A DNA stretch of 40,526 nt, from assembly GCA_027335745.1 (NCBI GenBank), contig DAHWHJ010000023.1, positions 1-40,526 of the forward strand, written 5' to 3'. This DNA is from a bacterium. GTDB lineage: Bacteria > SZUA-79 > Acidulodesulfobacterales > Acidulodesulfobacteraceae. Shown here piece by piece: positions 36,680-40,526 of this stretch (position 1 is the first letter of the stretch; each line of letters begins with the position of its first letter). The position numbers and the translations under genes are program-made. The notes below the pieces were generated by a model. The model searched no databases. It was not told where the DNA came from and saw nothing but the letters and a program-made list of their open reading frames with translations.

Positions 36680-37624
36680 TCAGCCGCCGCCGAACTGCGA
36701 CCTGCTGAATCTTCCGCCTATAACCCTGTTTAAAATATTTCTTCCTATGACGTTAACTATAAGGCTGGTCAATAAAAGTATCAGCGCGAGTTCTACTTCC
36801 GCCGAAGCATATATCGGGCTTATCACGGCAAACGTAAACGTGTTTGCAAGCAGCGCCGATATAGTATAACCTACGCTGAATAAAGACTTAGGTATGACCG
36901 CCTGATTGCCTATTAAAAGCACTACGGCTATAGTTTCGCCTATCGCTCTTCCGAAACCCAATATTATTCCGCCGTATATACCGTTCAAGGCGTAAGGCAG
37001 GGAAACGTCTTTTATCACGTCTAATTTTGTGGCTCCCATAGCCAGCGCCCCGTCTTTGGCAAGTTTTGGAACCGAAGCCAAAGAATCTTTGGTAATCGAG
37101 GATATTATAGGCAAAATCATAAATGCGACTATAATGCTTGCGGCAAGAATTCCGTAGCCTATATTTTCTTCAACTTTTAAAAAGGGAATATCCGAAAAAT
37201 GGGCTTCAAAAAACGGCTCTACCGATTCCCTCAGCCAAGGAACGACCGTTAGAACGCCCCATACGCCAAAAACGACGCTGGGTATCCCCGCCAGCATTTC
37301 GACTATTACCGTAAAAATACCCCTTAAAAAAAGGGGGCAGTATTCCTGCAAAAATATTCCTATCCCGAAACTGAAAGGTATCGCAAATAATAAAGCAAGA
37401 AAAGTAACGATAAATGTCCCCGCTATAAAAGTCAATGCGCCGAAAATTTCTTTAGGCGGGTTCCATTCTTTCGTCCATAAAAAAGAAATGCCGTATCTGA
37501 TAATCGACGGATAACTATAATAAAGTATAATTATTACGGAAATAGAAAAAATCAAAACAATAGACAGAACGAAAACGGAAAGAATAAATTTAAACAGGTC
37601 GTCTTTGTATTTTAAGGTAAACAT
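36680..37624 (-). CDS. pstC: Phosphate ABC transporter permease PstC
   Basis: It is polytopic, with the EAA-like motif KDGALAMGATKLDVIKDVSLP. It is the first permease after pstS. Confidence 0.9.
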   Translation of the reverse strand: MFTLKYKDDLFKFILSVFVLSIVLIFSISVIIILYYSYPSIIRYGISFLWTKEWNPPKEIFGALTFIAGTFIVTFLALLFAIPFSFGIGIFLQEYCPLFLRGIFTVIVEMLAGIPSVVFGVWGVLTVVPWLRESVEPFFEAHFSDIPFLKVEENIGYGILAASIIVAFMILPIISSITKDSLASVPKLAKDGALAMGATKLDVIKDVSLPYALNGIYGGIILGFGRAIGETIAVVLLIGNQAVIPKSLFSVGYTISALLANTFTFAVISPIYASAEVELALILLLTSLIVNVIGRNILNRVIGGRFSRSQFGGG

Positions 37625-37659
37625 TTTTATCTTATATTATTTTACGTTTAAATTTTATA

Positions 37660-37668
37660 ATTATAGCA
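37660..37668 (-). promoter_or_regulatory. Extended -10 element TGCTATAAT between the pstS terminator hairpin and pstC
   Basis: The reverse complement of 37660-37668 is TGCTATAAT. It ends 35 nt upstream of the pstC ATG at 37624. Confidence 0.35.
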
Positions 37669-37715
37669 TATCCTTTTTCATTTTTCTAAAAAAAATTGAA
37701 TAACGGTAAAAATAC

Positions 37716-37750
37716 AAGAGGGGGGGCGAACGGTGGTCCGCCCCCCTCTT
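37716..37750 (-). terminator. GC-rich intercistronic hairpin (terminator or attenuator) after pstS
   Basis: AAGAGGGGGGGCG pairs with CGCCCCCCTCTT over 12 bp, with one bulged G and a 10-nt loop. On the minus strand GTATTTTTA follows it. It lies 23 nt after the pstS stop. Confidence 0.65.
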
Positions 37751-37772
37751 CCATTCATGCTTATGCGGTATC

Positions 37773-38867
37773 TTATTTTACGACAGCCAAAAGTTTTTTA
37801 ACGTTCGGCATTACGGATTTAGGAAGCGGAGCAAAACCGGTTTTCACGGTGTATTTTGCCGCTTGTCCCGGTCCTAAAGCCCAGTTTATCAAATCCTTAA
37901 TAGATTTTGTAGTTGCCGAATTCGGCTGAGTCTTCTTTATCATCCAAAATTCAAAGTTGGAATCAGGATACGCATTCTTTGCCGAAACGTTCCATACTAT
38001 AGACTTAGCGAAATCTGCCGGAAAATCGCCCTGTTTCAAGGCAGAGTCTGCGGCGGCGGCAATAGTTTTAACCGAGCCTACGACGTAATTGCCGGCTTTG
38101 TTAAGAAGCGCGGCGCTGGCAAGATGATATTCCATAACCCATCCAAGCCCTACGTAACCTATGCCTCCGGACGTGCTTTTAACGGCGGCGACTACCGCAT
38201 CGCTTCCCAAGTACCCGCTTCCGACCGGCCACGAAGGAGACAAGCTTCTTCCGACTTTATTAGCCCATGTTTTGGAAGTATCGGCTAAAAGGCTCGTGAA
38301 ATCAAACGTCGTTCCGCTTGCATCGGCCCTGTGAACCACAAAAATGTGCAGATTTGGAAACTTATACTGCGGATTAAGTTTTTTAAATGCAGGATTATCC
38401 CAATTATTAATCTTGCCCATATAAATATCCGCAACTAATTGAGGGGTCATCTTAAGATTGACATCGTTCGGTATCCCCGGAATATTGTAAATAACCTCGG
38501 CATCGTCAAGAGCAACGGGAATATTCACCAAGTTCGGATACCTCTTTTTAAACTCCTTAGTAAGATAGGCATCGGATGCCCCAATAGTAATATTTCCGTT
38601 TGCGGCGTTTGAAATGCCGAAGCCCGAACCCGTTCCCGCTACGGAAACCGTAACGCCGGGATGAAGTTTTTGATACTTGACCGCCCACACCGAATTTAAC
38701 GGATAAAGCATTGTAGAGCCTGAAATAGTAATAGTTCCTGCGGGCGTCTTTGAGCCGGCGACGGGAGCTTTTGATTTTGCGCAGCCTGCGGCAAAAAGAG
38801 ACAAGGCAAAAACGGCAGAAGCAACCGTTAATCCTCCGAGCATTTTTTTCATAATGCTTTTGTTCAT
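37773..38867 (-). CDS. pstS: Phosphate-binding protein PstS (lipoprotein)
   Basis: A lipobox AAGC is present, along with the phosphate-binding blocks ISGSTMLYP, GTGSGFG and RADASGTT. It has a strong GGAGGAG SD. Confidence 0.93.
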   Translation of the reverse strand: MNKSIMKKMLGGLTVASAVFALSLFAAGCAKSKAPVAGSKTPAGTITISGSTMLYPLNSVWAVKYQKLHPGVTVSVAGTGSGFGISNAANGNITIGASDAYLTKEFKKRYPNLVNIPVALDDAEVIYNIPGIPNDVNLKMTPQLVADIYMGKINNWDNPAFKKLNPQYKFPNLHIFVVHRADASGTTFDFTSLLADTSKTWANKVGRSLSPSWPVGSGYLGSDAVVAAVKSTSGGIGYVGLGWVMEYHLASAALLNKAGNYVVGSVKTIAAAADSALKQGDFPADFAKSIVWNVSAKNAYPDSNFEFWMIKKTQPNSATTKSIKDLINWALGPGQAAKYTVKTGFAPLPKSVMPNVKKLLAVVK

Positions 38868-38936
38868 AAAATCTCCTCCATAAATTAAATTAAACTTGCA
38901 TCTTAAAATTATCTATTTTTTAATGCTTTAATTATA

Positions 38937-38988
38937 TTAACAGATTATTGTTACAATTTTATTACATTTATGTTAAATTTTTGTAATA
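38937..38988 (-). promoter_or_regulatory. Pho-box-like array: five hexamer direct repeats phased about 11 bp apart
   Basis: The plus-strand hexamers are TTAACA (38937), GTTACA (38950), ATTACA (38961), GTTAAA (38972) and GTAATA (38983). Read toward pstS they become TGTTAA, TGTAAC, TGTAAT and so on. The array ends 70 nt upstream of the pstS ATG. Confidence 0.45.
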
Positions 38989-39006
38989 AATTTATATTTA
39001 AGATTA

Positions 39007-39015
39007 TGTTATAAT
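39007..39015 (+). promoter_or_regulatory. Extended -10 element TGTTATAAT upstream of the alcohol dehydrogenase gene
   Basis: This is an exact TGnTATAAT, 56 nt upstream of the ATG at 39071, which has a GGAGGG SD. Confidence 0.4.
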
Positions 39016-39070
39016 TTTAATTTATAAAATAAATAATCGTTATGCTAATTTAATCGGAGGGCAAATCAAT

Positions 39071-40225
39071 ATGAAAAATCTTAATATTTATAATCCCGTA
39101 AAAATACATTTCGGCGTCGATTCAATCGGCGAAGCCGGAAAAATAGCAAAAAAATATTCCGATACCGCTTTAATCGTAACCGGAAGAAACTCTATGCAGA
39201 AATCGGGAACTTTAGGCAGGCTTTTAAAAATATTAAAAGATGCGGGGGTTAATTCGACGGTGTTCGATAAAATTACTCCTAACCCCACGATTAACGAAAT
39301 AGACGAAGCGGCGGGAATAGCCAGAGAAAAGGGGGTCAGGCTGATTATAGGGCTGGGAGGCGGAAGCCCTCTTGATTCCGCAAAAGCAATAGCCGTTGCC
39401 GCCAAAGGAAATATACCCGTATGGAACTATCTGAAAACACCTGCAGAGGAAGCGCTTCCCGTTATAACGATAGTTTCGACATCCGGAACGGGCAGCGAGG
39501 TTAACAGATATTCCGTTATGACGAACCCTGCGACCGGCGAAAAACCGGGATTCGGTTATGAATGTATGTACCCCAAAGAGGCTATAATCGATCCTGAAAT
39601 TATGCTGTCTATGCCGCCTTATATAACCGCGACTACAGGCTTTGACGTTTTCGTCCACGTCTTTGAGGCTTTTACGGGAAAGGCAAAAAACGGTTTTTCT
39701 TCGGCATACTGCATGCAGACGTTTTACCTTTTAAAAGACAATTTAATCAAAGCTTACGGTGAACCGGATAATATTGAAGCAAGAGGAAATATGGCGCTGG
39801 CATCGGCTCTTGCCGGACTTGCGATAGATATTTCCGGCGTAGGTATAATACACGCCATGGAACACCCCGTATCGGGAAATTATCCGAATGTAGCCCACGG
39901 AGCCGGTCTGGCGGCATTGACGGTAGAATCCATGAAATACAACCTTAAAGCATGTAAAAGGGATTTTATGCTTATAGCCCATCATTTCGGAATTAAAAGA
40001 GCGGGGAAAAGCGACGACGAATATGCAGTGTCTTTAATAGAAAAAATACGGGAAACGTTAGCGGCTTTAAATTTAAACATAGGATTAAAAGACTTGGGCG
40101 TGGAAAAAGGCAAGCTTGCTAAAATTGCCGGAGAAGCTTTCACTACTATGGGCTTTGCCGTTCAAAACAATCCCGAAGCCATTGACGAAAAAGAGGTTTT
40201 AAGACTCTTGGAATCAAGCTACTAA
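39071..40225 (+). CDS. Iron-containing (group III) alcohol dehydrogenase
   Basis: GLGGGSPLDSAKAIA is the GGGS NAD site, TTGFDVFVHVFEAF contains the metal Asp, and the metal His pair is in GIIHAMEHPVSGNYPNVAHGAG. Confidence 0.9.
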   Translation: MKNLNIYNPVKIHFGVDSIGEAGKIAKKYSDTALIVTGRNSMQKSGTLGRLLKILKDAGVNSTVFDKITPNPTINEIDEAAGIAREKGVRLIIGLGGGSPLDSAKAIAVAAKGNIPVWNYLKTPAEEALPVITIVSTSGTGSEVNRYSVMTNPATGEKPGFGYECMYPKEAIIDPEIMLSMPPYITATTGFDVFVHVFEAFTGKAKNGFSSAYCMQTFYLLKDNLIKAYGEPDNIEARGNMALASALAGLAIDISGVGIIHAMEHPVSGNYPNVAHGAGLAALTVESMKYNLKACKRDFMLIAHHFGIKRAGKSDDEYAVSLIEKIRETLAALNLNIGLKDLGVEKGKLAKIAGEAFTTMGFAVQNNPEAIDEKEVLRLLESSY

Positions 40226-40289
40226 ATAAATTTTATAGATATAATGTATAATTAATAATTAAAAATATAATTGTTTTTATGGAGGATTT

Positions 40290-40526
40290 ATGTTTTCAAC
40301 ATTCAAATATAGATTATATGTCGCCGCGCTTGCTATGTTTATTATTTTTTTAATTTTAAACCTCTTACTTTTAGGCTTTATAGGTAAAATAAAAAACCGG
40401 TCATATATACAAGCCGTTTTGGGTTCCACCTCCATTTCATTGCTAAAGGTCGATAGAGATGCCTCTAATTTAATATATCTGGCTAAACTCAGAAAGTCTA
40501 ATCTTGAAATTGCCAAACTTAATAAA
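40290..40526 (+). CDS. Partial CDS (5' end only): membrane-anchored protein of unknown function
   Basis: A GGAGG SD lies at 40281-40285 and the ATG at 40290. The frame stays open for 79 codons to the window edge, and one clear TM helix is present (LYVAALAMFIIFLILNLLLLGFI). This frame is preferred over the antisense track ORF at 40277..40516. Confidence 0.5.
   Translation, partial: MFSTFKYRLYVAALAMFIIFLILNLLLLGFIGKIKNRSYIQAVLGSTSISLLKVDRDASNLIYLAKLRKSNLEIAKLNK

Noticed and set aside
37696-37929. A 77-aa plus-strand ORF (MNNGKNTRGGANGGPPPSS...).
   Set aside because: Its N-terminus is simply the translation of the G/C-rich terminator hairpin, and the rest is antisense to the pstS 3' end.
40277-40516. 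A 79-aa minus-strand ORF at the window end.
   Set aside because: The opposite strand has a GGAGG SD, an ATG at 40290 and a clean TM helix in a frame that stays open to the window edge. The plus-strand partial CDS is the better model.

Overview
This is an AT-rich chromosomal segment from a diderm (Gram-negative-type) bacterium. Diderm status is supported by an RND/MFP/OMF efflux set, a BamE-like lipoprotein and an Slt-type lytic transglycosylase. I cannot assign a species from the sequence alone.

Layout:
- 1-6782: a plus-strand redox, iron and housekeeping group. It holds an encapsulated-ferritin-family gene on the minus strand, then Usp, a COG2509 FAD protein, a short soluble MCP with a flavodiiron-like MBL protein, scpB, htpX and rpe.
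- 6890-10160: tRNA-Pro(CGG) followed by a roughly 3.2-kb decayed integrative islet. It contains an integrase remnant, an AbrB-PIN toxin-antitoxin pair, an rve transposase remnant, an ORF6N gene, a small orphan ORF, hicB and a truncated hicA.
- 10162-26447: an 11-gene co-directional minus-strand housekeeping array: gatA, gatC, pcrA, glmS, glmU, ABC1 kinase, YVTN propeller, ligA, slt, dapF and a BamE-like lipoprotein. Spacers are 51 nt or less.
- 26520-28419: a divergently split OppC/OppB-type permease pair.
- 28408-34191: an RND pump and adaptor, with a divergently transcribed outer-membrane factor.
- 34193-38867: pstSCAB-phoU, with a Pho-box-like repeat array upstream.
- 39071 to the end: an Fe-alcohol dehydrogenase and a partial membrane-protein gene.

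I see no CRISPR array, no reverse transcriptase and no multi-gene cassette with clear hallmarks of a new defence system. The most interesting candidates are:
- the soluble MCP plus di-iron MBL (ODP-like) sensor pair
- the apparently shell-less encapsulated-ferritin homologue beside a REP-like hairpin
- the tRNA-Pro islet, with its toxin-less hicB and its CAAGACA heptad hairpin
- the regulatory architecture of the pst and RND loci

All functional calls come from reading motifs by eye. No database search was run.
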